In this document: positions 40,216 to 51,332 of the stretch, piece by piece
Position numbering within the stretch: position 1 is the first letter of the stretch
How the letters are laid out: each line of letters opens with the position of its first letter
Source: an uncultured cyanobacterium
GTDB lineage: Bacteria > Cyanobacteriota > Cyanobacteriia > PCC-9006 > JAAUQQ01
Direction of reading: 5' to 3'
Length of the DNA: 64,000 bases
NCBI GenBank assembly: GCA_963718615.1
Contig: OY970368.1
Span: 2,016,001 to 2,080,000 of the forward strand
The notes under the pieces: generated by a model
Database searches by the model: none
Seen by the model: only the letters and a program-made list of their open reading frames with translations
Told to the model about the DNA's origin: nothing
Translations under genes and position numbers: made by a program

Positions 40216-42030
40216 GTGATCATTCAGCATGATGTCCTGATCGTGGGGGGCGGCATTGCAGGCTGCCAAGCGGCCCTAGAAATTGCCAAAACTGCGCCCC
40301 ACCTCAGCATCGGCCTTATTGCCAAAACCCATCCCATTCGCTCCCATTCCGTTGCGGCCCAGGGTGGGATCGCGGCTTCGTTGCAAAATGTCGATCCGGA
40401 AGATAGCTGGAAAGCCCATGCCTTTGATACGGTCAAGGGCTCGGATTATTTGGCAGACCAGGATGCGGTGGCAATTTTGGCCCAAGAAGCGCCCCAAGCG
40501 ATCATTGACCTAGAGCATCTGGGGGTGCTGTTTTCACGACTGGCCGACGGTCGTGTGGCCCAGCGAGCCTTTGGCGGTCATTCCCATAACCGCACCTGTT
40601 ACGCCGCTGACAAAACGGGCCATGCCATTTTGCATGAGCTGGTGATGAACCTGATGCGCCACGGCGTCACGGTCTATGACGAGTGGTATGTGATGCGGCT
40701 GATTGTGGACGAAGCCGAGGCGGAAAAAACGGCCCGAGGCGTCGTCATGTTTCGGATTCGGGATGGGCAATTAGCGGTGGTGCAAGCCCGAGCCGTGATG
40801 TTGGCGACCGGGGGCTATGGTCGTGTTTTTAATACGACCTCCAATGACTACGCCTGTACGGGCGATGGTTTGGCGATGGTGGCCCTAGCCGGACTGCCCC
40901 TTCAGGATATGGAATTTGTTCAATTTCATCCCACGGGACTCTATCCTGTGGGGGTTTTGGTCTCTGAAGCCGTGCGGGGTGAAGGAGCCTATTTGATCAA
41001 TCATCAGGGCGATCGCTTTATGGCCCACTATGCCCCCAGCCGAATGGAGTTGGCCCCTCGGGATATTACGTCACGGGCGATCGCTCTAGAAGTCCGGGCT
41101 GGTCGGGGCATTCACCCCAATGGCAGTGGCGGGGGTCCCTTTGTCTATTTGGATCTGCGGCATATGGGGCGTGAGAAAATCATGAGCCGGGTGCCCTTTT
41201 GCTGGGAAGAGGCCCATCGGCTCCTGGGCGTAGATGCCGTAGAGTCGCCGATCCCCGTCCGACCCACGGCCCATTACTGCATGGGCGGTATCCCCACAAC
41301 GGTGGATGGAGAAGTGATCTATAACCCTAGCAGCCAAACCGTTGCAGGCCTGTTTTCTGCGGGAGAAACGGCCTGTGTTTCAGTGCATGGAGCCAATCGC
41401 CTGGGCAGCAATTCCCTGCTGGAATGTGTGGTCTATGGGCGGCGAACGGGGGGGGCGATCGCCCGCTTTCTCCAAAGCCCCAAGGCCCCAGATCCTAACG
41501 CCTCAGCCCTCGATCCAACTCCTTACCTCCAAGATGCCCGAGCTCTGCTCCAAGGGTTACTCGACCAACCCGGCCAATACCGTCTGGGCGAAGTGCGTCA
41601 GCAATTCCAAGACTGCATGAGCGAACACTGTGGCGTGTTCCGCACCGCAGAAACCATGCAGGCCGGTCTTGTCCAGTTGCAAAGGCTCAAGCAAAAAGCT
41701 GCCCAGATTTATCTCGACGACAAAAGCAAGCTCTGGAATACAGAACTGACCGAAGCCCTCGAACTGAGAAATCTTTTAGTCGTGGGTGAAATCATCCTCG
41801 CCTCTGCCCTCCAGCGCCAGGAAAGTCGGGGAGCCCACTTTCGAGAAGATTTTCCCCAGCGCGATGACCCCCAATATCTTCATCACAGCCTTGCGGCTCG
41901 GGGAATTGCTCGTTCAGTAGAAGACTCAAAAGACTTGACGATCGAGGCTTGGGGCCTTGCTACGGCGGTTAAGGTACAGCCACGCCCGGTGGCCCTGGGT
42001 CTGTTTGAGCCCAAGGAACGCAAATACTAA
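40216..42030 (+). CDS. sdhA: Succinate dehydrogenase flavoprotein subunit
   Basis: RSHSVAAQGG, QFHPTG, HGANRLGSNSL and ESRGAH. Confidence 0.96.
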   Translation: MIIQHDVLIVGGGIAGCQAALEIAKTAPHLSIGLIAKTHPIRSHSVAAQGGIAASLQNVDPEDSWKAHAFDTVKGSDYLADQDAVAILAQEAPQAIIDLEHLGVLFSRLADGRVAQRAFGGHSHNRTCYAADKTGHAILHELVMNLMRHGVTVYDEWYVMRLIVDEAEAEKTARGVVMFRIRDGQLAVVQARAVMLATGGYGRVFNTTSNDYACTGDGLAMVALAGLPLQDMEFVQFHPTGLYPVGVLVSEAVRGEGAYLINHQGDRFMAHYAPSRMELAPRDITSRAIALEVRAGRGIHPNGSGGGPFVYLDLRHMGREKIMSRVPFCWEEAHRLLGVDAVESPIPVRPTAHYCMGGIPTTVDGEVIYNPSSQTVAGLFSAGETACVSVHGANRLGSNSLLECVVYGRRTGGAIARFLQSPKAPDPNASALDPTPYLQDARALLQGLLDQPGQYRLGEVRQQFQDCMSEHCGVFRTAETMQAGLVQLQRLKQKAAQIYLDDKSKLWNTELTEALELRNLLVVGEIILASALQRQESRGAHFREDFPQRDDPQYLHHSLAARGIARSVEDSKDLTIEAWGLATAVKVQPRPVALGLFEPKERKY

Positions 42031-42214
42031 CGCCTAGGGTTCAAACCCCAGGCGGTTTAGGCTGGCTGCAAATCTGAAATAGGATTGATTTGTTTTAAAA
42101 TTCGCCTGTAAAATTCCCCATAGGTGTTGAATCCCCCTTAGTGCGGTAGGGTACCCAACGCAACTACGTTACGATGGAAATTACGCATCTCAGTCCCTGA
42201 GGAATGGGTCGCAT

Positions 42215-42850
42215 ATGTTATTGACCGAGCTTGCCACTCAAACTCCGGCTCCCTGTAAATTGCTAATTTCACGTCGACAGTACCGAACGTGTCATATTCA
42301 TGTGCCTGATCTGGAGCAGCACTTGAGCGCGATTCAGGTGGGCGAGGATTTCTACAGTTTTTATAAAATTTTTGATGATCCCCAAAAGTTAATTCATTTG
42401 GTTTGTAAGTTGGGGAACCGAGGCGATCGCATGTCCCTCACCCGTGCCCCCAAGGGCTACACCCTCTGGGTGTGGGAGCCGGATGCCACCCCTTTACCCG
42501 GCCAACAGCATCCCGCGCTGACGGATGACCCGGCCTATACCCAGATTTTGCCTCTCCAGGCCGAATATTTTCCCTGCATGGTCACGGTTCCCGAGCTTAA
42601 TCGGCAGGTTTTGGCCCTGGGGCTCAAAGGTCATTTTTACCGCTTTTTTAAGCTAGAGAAGGACTTTGACGGCGTCATGAATGTGGCGGGGCGTCTCTCG
42701 CGCCAAGGATCAGAAACCATGATTGTGACTGCGCGCGGAATTTTAGAGAAAGTGGCCCAACACCTCGACCCGACGGTGACTCAAAGCATTGAGGGGGGAT
42801 ATGTCATCTGTGTCCGAGAAGACTCGGCCCATCTCGTGATTCCCGCCTAG
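42215..42850 (+). CDS. Hypothetical protein with two-fold internal repeat
   Basis: Both halves share the CxxxVP(D/E)L...FYxF(Y/F)K...GYx(L/I)xVxE pattern. Confidence 0.75.
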   Translation: MLLTELATQTPAPCKLLISRRQYRTCHIHVPDLEQHLSAIQVGEDFYSFYKIFDDPQKLIHLVCKLGNRGDRMSLTRAPKGYTLWVWEPDATPLPGQQHPALTDDPAYTQILPLQAEYFPCMVTVPELNRQVLALGLKGHFYRFFKLEKDFDGVMNVAGRLSRQGSETMIVTARGILEKVAQHLDPTVTQSIEGGYVICVREDSAHLVIPA

Positions 42851-42904
42851 GTTCTGCTCAAATCAACCTTTAAAATTGACTGCTGATGTTTTGGCGGCGC
42901 ACCT

Positions 42905-43834
42905 GTGGATGGATCCTTAACCTACGGACTGATCAACTTTTATAAGCCTCTAGGCTGGACCTCCCATGATTGCGTCGCCAAGGTCCGGCGTCTGCTGCGC
43001 CAAAAACGGGTGGGTCATGGCGGCACGCTTGATCCGGCGGCAACGGGGGTCCTGCCGATTGCGGTTGGTCAGGCAACCCGACTGATCCAATTCTTACCCG
43101 AAGACAAAGCCTATGTGGGTCGTGTCCGGCTTGGATGGATCACCGATACCGATGACCTAGAGGGGGCAGTGATTGCCCAAACGGATGCTTCTGCGGTGAC
43201 CCTAGCCCAGGTCGAGGCTCAACTTCCTCAGTTCCAAGGAACCATCCAGCAGTTTCCCCCTCGCTACAGTGCCATCCAAATCGAGGGCAAGCGGCTTTAC
43301 GATCGTGCCCGACAGGGGGAAGTTTTTGAGGTGCCGCTCCGAACGGTTACGGTTCACCATATCCAGGTGTTGAGTTGGCAACCGGGCGATAGTGAACGGG
43401 CTCCGGAAATTGAGCTGGCGATCGCCTGTGGGCCGGGTACCTACATTCGCTCCATCGCCCGTGACCTTGGTGCAGCCCTAGGGGTCGGTGGAACCTTGGC
43501 AAGTTTGGTGCGGACGAAGAGTTGTGGATTGGCCTTGGGGGAAAGTTTGACCCTAGAGGAATTAGAGGCCCGTCGAGAGGTGGGGGAATTGGCGCTGCTG
43601 GATCCGGCGATCGCCCTTCAGCACCTCGAAGCCATTTGCCTGACCCCCGCGCTCGTTCAGCGTTGGTTCTATGGACAGCGGTTGCCGATAGAACGGTCGC
43701 CGTCACCCCATCCCGTGCGGGTTGAGGACGAAGCGGGAAGTCTCCTAGGAATTGGGGAGTTGTGTTTAGGACAAAACGGGTGTCCGATTCTGGCTCCTAA
43801 ACTGGTCTTGTCGCCGGAGACTGGAATCGGTTGA
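42905..43834 (+). CDS. truB: tRNA pseudouridine(55) synthase
   Basis: TSHDCV, GHGGTLDP and GTYIRSIARD. Confidence 0.96.
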   Translation: MDGSLTYGLINFYKPLGWTSHDCVAKVRRLLRQKRVGHGGTLDPAATGVLPIAVGQATRLIQFLPEDKAYVGRVRLGWITDTDDLEGAVIAQTDASAVTLAQVEAQLPQFQGTIQQFPPRYSAIQIEGKRLYDRARQGEVFEVPLRTVTVHHIQVLSWQPGDSERAPEIELAIACGPGTYIRSIARDLGAALGVGGTLASLVRTKSCGLALGESLTLEELEARREVGELALLDPAIALQHLEAICLTPALVQRWFYGQRLPIERSPSPHPVRVEDEAGSLLGIGELCLGQNGCPILAPKLVLSPETGIG

Positions 43835-43870
43835 ATGGGCCTCTGCAAATCATGAGTTTAGCCTTTAGGT

Positions 43871-46800
43871 CTATTGGGTTTCTCCAATTAAGGTAAATCC
43901 AGCCCAGGCTTTTGGATCCGCATTTTCTTGCTTGACCCGTAACATCGCTTGCCGCAGCGCTTGAGCACTGTCTAAATTCTCGCCTTGCCTCAGCCGATAG
44001 AATTCCGCCATCAGCTTGGCCGTTGCGTCATCCGGGACCTGCCAGAGCGATACCATGACGCTCGCGGCCCCTGCGCCCAAAAACGATCGTGATAACCCAA
44101 TCACGCCATCTCCAGTAATTCGCCCTCGTCCGGTATCGCAGGCGCTGAGGACAACCAGTTCCGCTTGGATGGGAATGTCCAAAATTTCGCCCGCTGTCAG
44201 TAAGCCGTCATCCGCAGGGGTGGTTGCAGTCGCACTGTCGGGAGCGAGGGCGATCGCCCCCTTCAAAGGCTCACTGGAATTGAACACCCCATGGGTTGCC
44301 AAATGAATCAGCCGAGACTGGGACAGTTGCTGTTTGACGCTGCCCTCTGTCGCTGCGGCACCGATGCGCGCTTGAGTCTTGAGAATTTCGCCAATTTCTT
44401 CGGCTTCCGTCGCGGTAAACGGCAGCGGCGCAAAGGATGGCGGCATAGGGGTCGGATTGCCTACAATCAGGGACTGTTGCAGCGTATTGGGGATTTGCTG
44501 GCGGCGACGGTGGGTGGCCTCTAGAACTTGCATCGCTGGAGCAGTTTGGAGGGTATGTTGCTCGAACCAAGTAGCTGCCGTCATTGGCCTGAAGCGCTGG
44601 GAAGGGTACTAAGAAGAGTTCCTCCTGGGGAATAAAGACGATTCGCTCCTGGGCCTCTGGGGGCAAGAGATCGGCGATGGGGGTAATCAGGAGTTGGTAG
44701 AGTTGATTGAGGGGATTGGCGGCGATCGCAGCGGCTGGCGCAGCCATTGATGCAGCCGTTGATGCAGCAGCTCCTGAAGGCACAAGACCGGCCCCTTCCT
44801 CGCCCCGGCTCAACCGACTGGCGGCTCGGGCGCAGAGGCGATCGTTCATACAGCGTCGGGCAATGGCGACAGCATTCACGAGGGACGTTTTGTTTTGCTG
44901 TTGCCAAGCAAACAGATTAACTTGCCGAACCTGCACGTTACCCTCGGGCGAAAGCACCCAGATGAGCAGTCGGGACGCTTGGGGCTCTCCGGCATATTGG
45001 GGCGATGCACCGTGGGGAACTTCGACAAACTGCTCACGGGCAATGGTATAGGCCACCATCGTTGCCTTTTGCTCACGGGCAATGCGTTGCAATTCGGCTA
45101 AGTTGGGGGGAGGAACAGTGGCTTTTTGGGATTGCTGGGCCGCATTGCCTCGGGCCAAGAGCTCCACAAAGGCTCGGCCTCGGCCCCGTTCGGCAATTTC
45201 GAGGGCTTGGGCGGGTTTGTTTTGGTCGACGAGAACTTCCTGCAAATTTTGGTAGGCCGCTAGCTGGGTTTCAAAAATTGAAACCTTATAGGTATCGTTA
45301 TTTCCCAGCCCCGCCCGCAGGGATTCCCAAACGCTCAAACTCTCAAACAGACTCCGTTCTGCGGCGGCCAGTTGGTCCACTTGAAACTGAGCATCCCCTA
45401 GATTGGTTAAGGCAATCCCTTCGCCTAAACGAGTTTTGAGATCGCGCACGATCGCCAGTGCCTGTTGATTGAATTCAATGGCCTTACCATAATCTTTTTG
45501 ATAGGCATAGGTCGCGCCCAAGCCTAAAAGAGTCTGTGCAATTTCTAACTGAGAGCCAATGGCTTGAGCGAGGGTGAGGCTTTGCTGGTAGTGGGCGATC
45601 GCTTGCCCAAATTCCCCATTCAGGGCATAGGTATTGCCTAGATTTCCTAGGGTTTGCATTTCCCCATAGCGGTCTTGGGTTGCACGGACTAGGGTTAAAC
45701 TTTGCCGCTGGTATTGAATGGCCTGAGGATAGTTCTTCTTCGATAGGTAGGCGTTCCCCAAATTGCGTAGGGCTAAGGTGTACCATTGGGGTGCCGTTTC
45801 TGGAGTTAGTTGATTAAGGCTGCGGTTGTAATAGTCGATCGCGGTGTCGTAGTCCCCGAGGGCTGCGTAGGCGGCACCGATGCCCGCTTGGGCGATGCCG
45901 ATTTGGGTGCGATCGCTCGTTCGCATGGCTTTCTCAAGCTGTGTTTGATGAAATTCTAGCGCTTTAAGATAATCTCCAATGACAAAGTGAGAAACTCCCA
46001 AATTATTGAGCGAATAGAGTTCCCATTCTGAGCTTTTGTTCGCTTCTGCTAAAGATAGATTTTGTTCATAACACTGAATTAAGACATTATAAAGGCCCTG
46101 GTCTCGCTGACCGGCGGAGGTCTCTTGAAGTTGCTTGACCTGTTGGGGACAATCCTGAAATGGAATACGGGTGGGTGTTACGCCTGAAATCGTTTCGGGT
46201 CCAGGGTTGCTGTTGTTTTGGGAAGGATTAAGCGAGTCGTCTTGGGGAACGTTTGCGATTGGACCTAAATCAGGATTGCTCGGTGAAATTGGTGCACCAG
46301 CAACACCGGGATTTAGAGAATTAACTCCAGAGGCAGCAGGGTCGATCACTTCTGCATCACCCGTTGGTGAAATTTGAATACTATAGGTGACGGTATTCAT
46401 GGGGCCAATACCAAGGGGGAGGCTTGGGAAAAGAGGCTGAACACCAATGACCATCGGAATGACTGTAACCGTAAAACTGCCCCCCGGACCAAGAAAAGGT
46501 AATGTATTGGGTCCATTGGTATTAACGGAAAGACTTGTGGGTATTTTGTTTGAGGTGTCAGGATTATTCCCAAAAACGTTGCCCTGTAGACTTTGTATGG
46601 TTTTGGTAGACCAGTAAGTAGGAGGAATCAGTAATAAGTTTGGTTCTGGAATGACGCTCTTAAAAATGGAGAGATCTGCAAACCGGGCAGAAGATTCTAG
46701 GGGAATTCCAAAAATGACAGAAACGGATTGATTGACCGTCTCAGGAACTTTGAGGACTGATTCTGGTTGTGTTTGTAAATCTCGGATAATGCCTGGGGGA

Positions 46801-48533
46801 ATGCGAGGCGGGGATGGCGGATCCGGAGGATTATCAATTTGAGTGGGAACTTCAACGGTTTGCGAAACGGCGAGGCCATCGCTAACACGGAGGCTAAAAG
46901 CATTGAGATTACCGCTAATTCCGGTAGGTGGTTCGTAGGTGAGAGCGTCGGTCAGGGCGATCGCCTCACCATTACCCAAAACGACCCCATTTCTTCGTAA
47001 AATACCGCTGTTAACCGCAACGAGAGCCAACGTCAAATTATCATTGTCTGCATCTGCGATCGCTAAATTCAAATCATTCAACGTAAAGCTAAGCGGCTGA
47101 TCGACCGTCGTGGTTAACCCTGGACTTCCCGTTAAAATCGGTGCGGCATTGTTAAAGGTAATACTAATTTCATTGTTGGGACCTTGAGTGGTTGTACCGG
47201 TTGCGTTAAACGAGGTATTGGCGATCGCCACCGGAGCCCCAAAAGTCCCCACAGAAAGACCCCCTGCTGTGCCATTAATCGCCAAATTCCCCACCGTAAA
47301 GCCAACATTGTCGGGACCTCCATTATGCTGAAGGGCGATCGTTCCCGCTGTCTCTCCTCCAAAGGTATCAATCGTGGTTGGACTTCCTAATTCATTTAGA
47401 AGGGTCCCTGTTCCCTGAATCGTTCCCGCTGCATTGATTGAAACATTTCCCCCCTGTCCGGCATCGCGACTTTCCCCTTGGCTGGCTGTATTAATGGTTT
47501 CAAACTGAATGTCTCTACCCCCATTGAGTTGAACAGCGCCTGCGGCCACATTATCTGTGGAGTTTGAACGTGCAGAAGTATCGATCGCCCCCGCTGCAAT
47601 CGTACCTTGGGGCGCGGCTACGGATATGGGACCACCCTGAATAAAGTTAGCAGCTTCTTCCGTCGTATCATTGACTGCCGTACTGAGATTGCCCACTTGA
47701 ATACTAGAATCTGTGCCCGTTAAGAATTGGGGGAGCGACTGAGGGGTGAGTTCTGGCGGGAGGCGATCGCCTCCCGCCAGCGTGGAAATTTCTAGCGTCA
47801 ACACTGCCCCCGCTTGACTAATCTGAACCCGATTTTGTCCCGGTACTGCTGCAATCAGAAGGTTACCTCCGGGCGCTGTCAAATTGCCACCACCGTTGAT
47901 GTTGCCGCCTAGAAGAATCAGCGTGTTACCCGGTCGTACAGCCAAGGTTGCTTGGTTGACTAAGGCTGCTGGATCCTCGAAGGAAAAGGCGAAGGCTGTT
48001 GGATCGCCGAGCAACTGGGCGTAGTTATTCGGGCCAAAGGCATTAAACCACTGGTCTCCGAAGGCAATGCGATCGCCCGTCATCCCCAAAAACGCCGCAG
48101 GCAAATTGAGCTGGGCATTGGGACCAAAAATCAGACCCGCTGGATTGATTAAAAATAAATTAGCAGTGGCTCCCGTAATTTGAAGCGTTCCGTTAATGCT
48201 TGAAGGCTGTCCCCCCGTGATTCGACCCAAGATATTTTCAAGGGTGGGATTGGCCACAAAATTGGCCGTTTGCCCGAGGTTGACATCAAAGGTTTGAAAA
48301 CTATGAAAGAGGTTATTGCCTGCCGTCGTTCCACCGCTAATATCAACCTGATTCCCAACAGAATTGACCGTGGTTCCGGTGCCATCCGTTGCCGGGGTAA
48401 TGGCTTGGGCCAAGATCAATGGAGGCTGTGAGAATGCAGGCCTTGATAACGCAGGCTGTGATAACGCAAGCCAAGAGACCATTGCCACGCTGGGCAGCGT
48501 GAGCCAGGACAACGGAGACAGAGGCGTTAGCAT
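43871..48533 (-). pseudogene. Filamentous haemagglutinin N-domain / TPR / CHAT protein, frameshifted near 44565
   Basis: NLFHSF and NPAG; TPR array; CHAT split between ORFs 44271..48533 and 43871..44584, the latter holding HLATHG and LSACDTG. Confidence 0.85.
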
Positions 48534-48658
48534 AGCACTTACCCATTCAGGAGATTTGGATCCCTATGACCGCGCACCGCAATTTATGCAGTGTAGCGAT
48601 TCAATCATAGAATCGGGTCTTGCCTTTGGTTTTCGAGCTGAAATTCTCTGGCTCCGGA

Positions 48659-50407
48659 TCAATGGCTGGGTTCGTTACTCTTGTCACAGGCTTCGGGGGT
48701 GAGCATAGCGCGATCGCGCCCCGCCTGCTTGGCGGCATAGAGCCCCGCATCGGCCTGATCGACCAAAAGACTCGGCAGTTGTTCCGAGTTGGGAATCATC
48801 GTGGCGACTCCCAAACTCAAGCTCACCACCGGGGCGACCTTAGATCCCTTGTGTTCAATTTGAAGCTCCTTCACCCGCTGCCGCACGAGCTCCGCCAGCT
48901 CTAGGGCACGGTCCGTCGACGTATTGGGCAACAAAATCACAAATTCTTCCCCCCCATAGCGGGCCGCCAAATCTGTTGAGCGTTTGACAACGGATTGTAG
49001 GGCTTGGGCAACCGACCGCAAACAGCGATCGCCCTGGGGATGGCCATAGGTATCGTTATAAATTTTAAAATAGTCAACATCGCAAATTATCAACGATAGG
49101 GGCCGCTGCGATCGCATCCCTTGCTGCCAGGAGCGCTGCAGGGTTTCATTAAATAAACGCCGATTGGCTAATTGGGTCAGCTCGTCTTTGCTGGAAAGCT
49201 GCTTAAATTGACGGGTTTGATAGGCCGCTAAGCCCAAGGTGGAACCGAGCCAAACCAGTAAACCCGGTACCCAGGGTAGCCACCAACTGCCCCACCAAAA
49301 GACGATATAGCTCCCCCCGACGAGGAGACCGGTGCCCCCTAGAATCCACAGCAGGGGCCTGCGGATTTGCAAGGGCTGCCAGTACAGGAGAAAACCGAGG
49401 CTGGCGATCGCCCCCAATCCCACCCATTCGGCCCATTTCGGTACCGTGCGAATTCCCGGTGCACGGCCCATTTCTACGGCACTGATGATTTGGCTAGCGA
49501 GATTGGCATGGAGTTCCACCCCGTACATTGTGGTACCGGTGTTCTGTGGCCCATTGCTGTAGGACGTAAAGAATAGATCACCATCCGCAGCAGCGGTACT
49601 GCCCACAATCACGAGGCGATCATGTAAGAGTCCTGGCACTAACTCACCCTTGAGGACCTGGGTGAGGGAAACTCGCACAAACGGTTCTGTGGAATGACGT
49701 AGATTGAGCAAAAGCTGATACCCATTGGCATCCGCATGGATATAGCCGCCATCCTGAGACTCAAAGGCAGGAAAGGCGATACCTTGGATGGTCAAAACTG
49801 GGTCTTCGGGGTCCGGCTGGATGCCTGCGGCTGCGAGATATTCCAAGGCCAAGCGAAACCCCAAGCCCGGTAGGGCCTGATCATGATCCAAGGCCGGATA
49901 GAGCAACCCCCGCCGTATCCGTCCATCTGGATCCGCAAGAATATCGCTAGCGGCTAATCGCCCTTGGGAGCGCAAAATCTCATTACCAGGCACGGCTCCA
50001 ATTTTTTCATTGCCAACCACTTTTTCAATGCCAATCAAATTGGGCGTATTGGCAAAGACTTGGGCCAACTGGTCTTGACCCTTGCCAATGGGCAAATTGC
50101 GGTAAAGATCTAGACCTATGACCCGAGGTTGCTGGGCTGCGATCGCCGTCAACAACTCCGCCAGGGTTTGGTCAGAGATCGCAGCTTGGCCCAGTTGCTG
50201 TAAGTCTTCTTCCTGGATGCCGACAATGACAATCCGGTCGTCCCTAGGCTCAGCCACCCGAGAACGAACCATGGCATCCAAGGTTTGCAATTCGAAGGAC
50301 TGTAAACCGCCCAAACATCGCAAACCTGAGATCAGGCCAACCGTCCCCAGGCTAATCAACCCTGGAATGAGGGAGGTCAGACAACGCTGCCAATTTTTCC
50401 CAACCAT
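48659..50407 (-). CDS. CHASE2-GGDEF diguanylate cyclase
   Basis: IGLDLYRN, DPDGRIRR, GVELHAN, three TM segments and RSTDLAARYGGEEF. Confidence 0.93.
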   Translation of the reverse strand: MVGKNWQRCLTSLIPGLISLGTVGLISGLRCLGGLQSFELQTLDAMVRSRVAEPRDDRIVIVGIQEEDLQQLGQAAISDQTLAELLTAIAAQQPRVIGLDLYRNLPIGKGQDQLAQVFANTPNLIGIEKVVGNEKIGAVPGNEILRSQGRLAASDILADPDGRIRRGLLYPALDHDQALPGLGFRLALEYLAAAGIQPDPEDPVLTIQGIAFPAFESQDGGYIHADANGYQLLLNLRHSTEPFVRVSLTQVLKGELVPGLLHDRLVIVGSTAAADGDLFFTSYSNGPQNTGTTMYGVELHANLASQIISAVEMGRAPGIRTVPKWAEWVGLGAIASLGFLLYWQPLQIRRPLLWILGGTGLLVGGSYIVFWWGSWWLPWVPGLLVWLGSTLGLAAYQTRQFKQLSSKDELTQLANRRLFNETLQRSWQQGMRSQRPLSLIICDVDYFKIYNDTYGHPQGDRCLRSVAQALQSVVKRSTDLAARYGGEEFVILLPNTSTDRALELAELVRQRVKELQIEHKGSKVAPVVSLSLGVATMIPNSEQLPSLLVDQADAGLYAAKQAGRDRAMLTPEACDKSNEPSH

Positions 50408-50447
50408 ATTGTGCAGTCCCTGCTAAAGCGGCGGTCGAAAAGTAACA

Positions 50448-51257
50448 TTACCGCTGTGAAATCTGAAGCGAAGGCGTTTTCACCTGAGCCTGCTGGAGGA
50501 GCGAGGTCAGAGTTGTGCGCAGTTCGACTTGGTCGGGATTTTGTTCGATCGCCCGCACCAATAAGCCGACAGCGTCATACCAATAGCCCTGGGCCGCTTG
50601 GGCTGAAACCTGCTCGAGTACAGACGCAGAAGGAGAAAACTGGGCGATGCTTGCGGGCAGGCGAGTAATAAAGCTGCGAGCATAGATGCCAGAGCCAAAG
50701 AGCTCTGCCGTGGTGGTCACGGGTCGACAGGCGGAAACCACGGTCCAGCGGTAGCGAACATTGGGTTCCAGCGTAATCGATTCAGGCAGCGTCAGATGGA
50801 AAACCCCGCTGTGGTTCGCGGTCAACGCCTGGGAATAGATCGGCTGGGCCTGCTGAGGATGGGACAGCATCATCACCATGGAAACCGGCTGCTGGGTTTG
50901 CACAGACCAGGCCAGCGTCGGCTGGGCTTGGGTGGTGAGGAGGCCAGCCGGGTCCTGGGGGGCCAGGAGGCTGAGCTGAGTGGCGGGAGTTTGAGCGGTA
51001 GAGATTTGATCGGGAGACGGAATGACGCCAGGGCAAGCGGGGGCACCGGCATCGCGCCGCCCACCGGAGAGTGTACTGCCGACCCGGCCTCGGTTCTCTT
51101 TGGGACGCCATTGGACTGTGGAGGGGGAAGCACTGGCCGAGGGGGGTGGACTTGGGTGAGTTTGGGCGATCGCACTCGCGGTCATCAAGCCCCAAAGGGG
51201 AATAAAACCGCCTGTGATGGCGATCGCCAAGCCCCAGGAAGATAGCTGCTGCAACAT
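50448..51257 (-). CDS. DUF928 domain protein
   Basis: SGGRR...C, TQAQPTLAW, YRWTVV and GYWYDAV. Confidence 0.85.
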   Translation of the reverse strand: MLQQLSSWGLAIAITGGFIPLWGLMTASAIAQTHPSPPPSASASPSTVQWRPKENRGRVGSTLSGGRRDAGAPACPGVIPSPDQISTAQTPATQLSLLAPQDPAGLLTTQAQPTLAWSVQTQQPVSMVMMLSHPQQAQPIYSQALTANHSGVFHLTLPESITLEPNVRYRWTVVSACRPVTTTAELFGSGIYARSFITRLPASIAQFSPSASVLEQVSAQAAQGYWYDAVGLLVRAIEQNPDQVELRTTLTSLLQQAQVKTPSLQISQR

Positions 51258-51332
51258 AAACAATCCGGTGTGAGGAAAGGAATAGGGCAGATCCACCTTA
51301 AGACTCGTAAAATTTGCCAAGAGAATTAAAGC

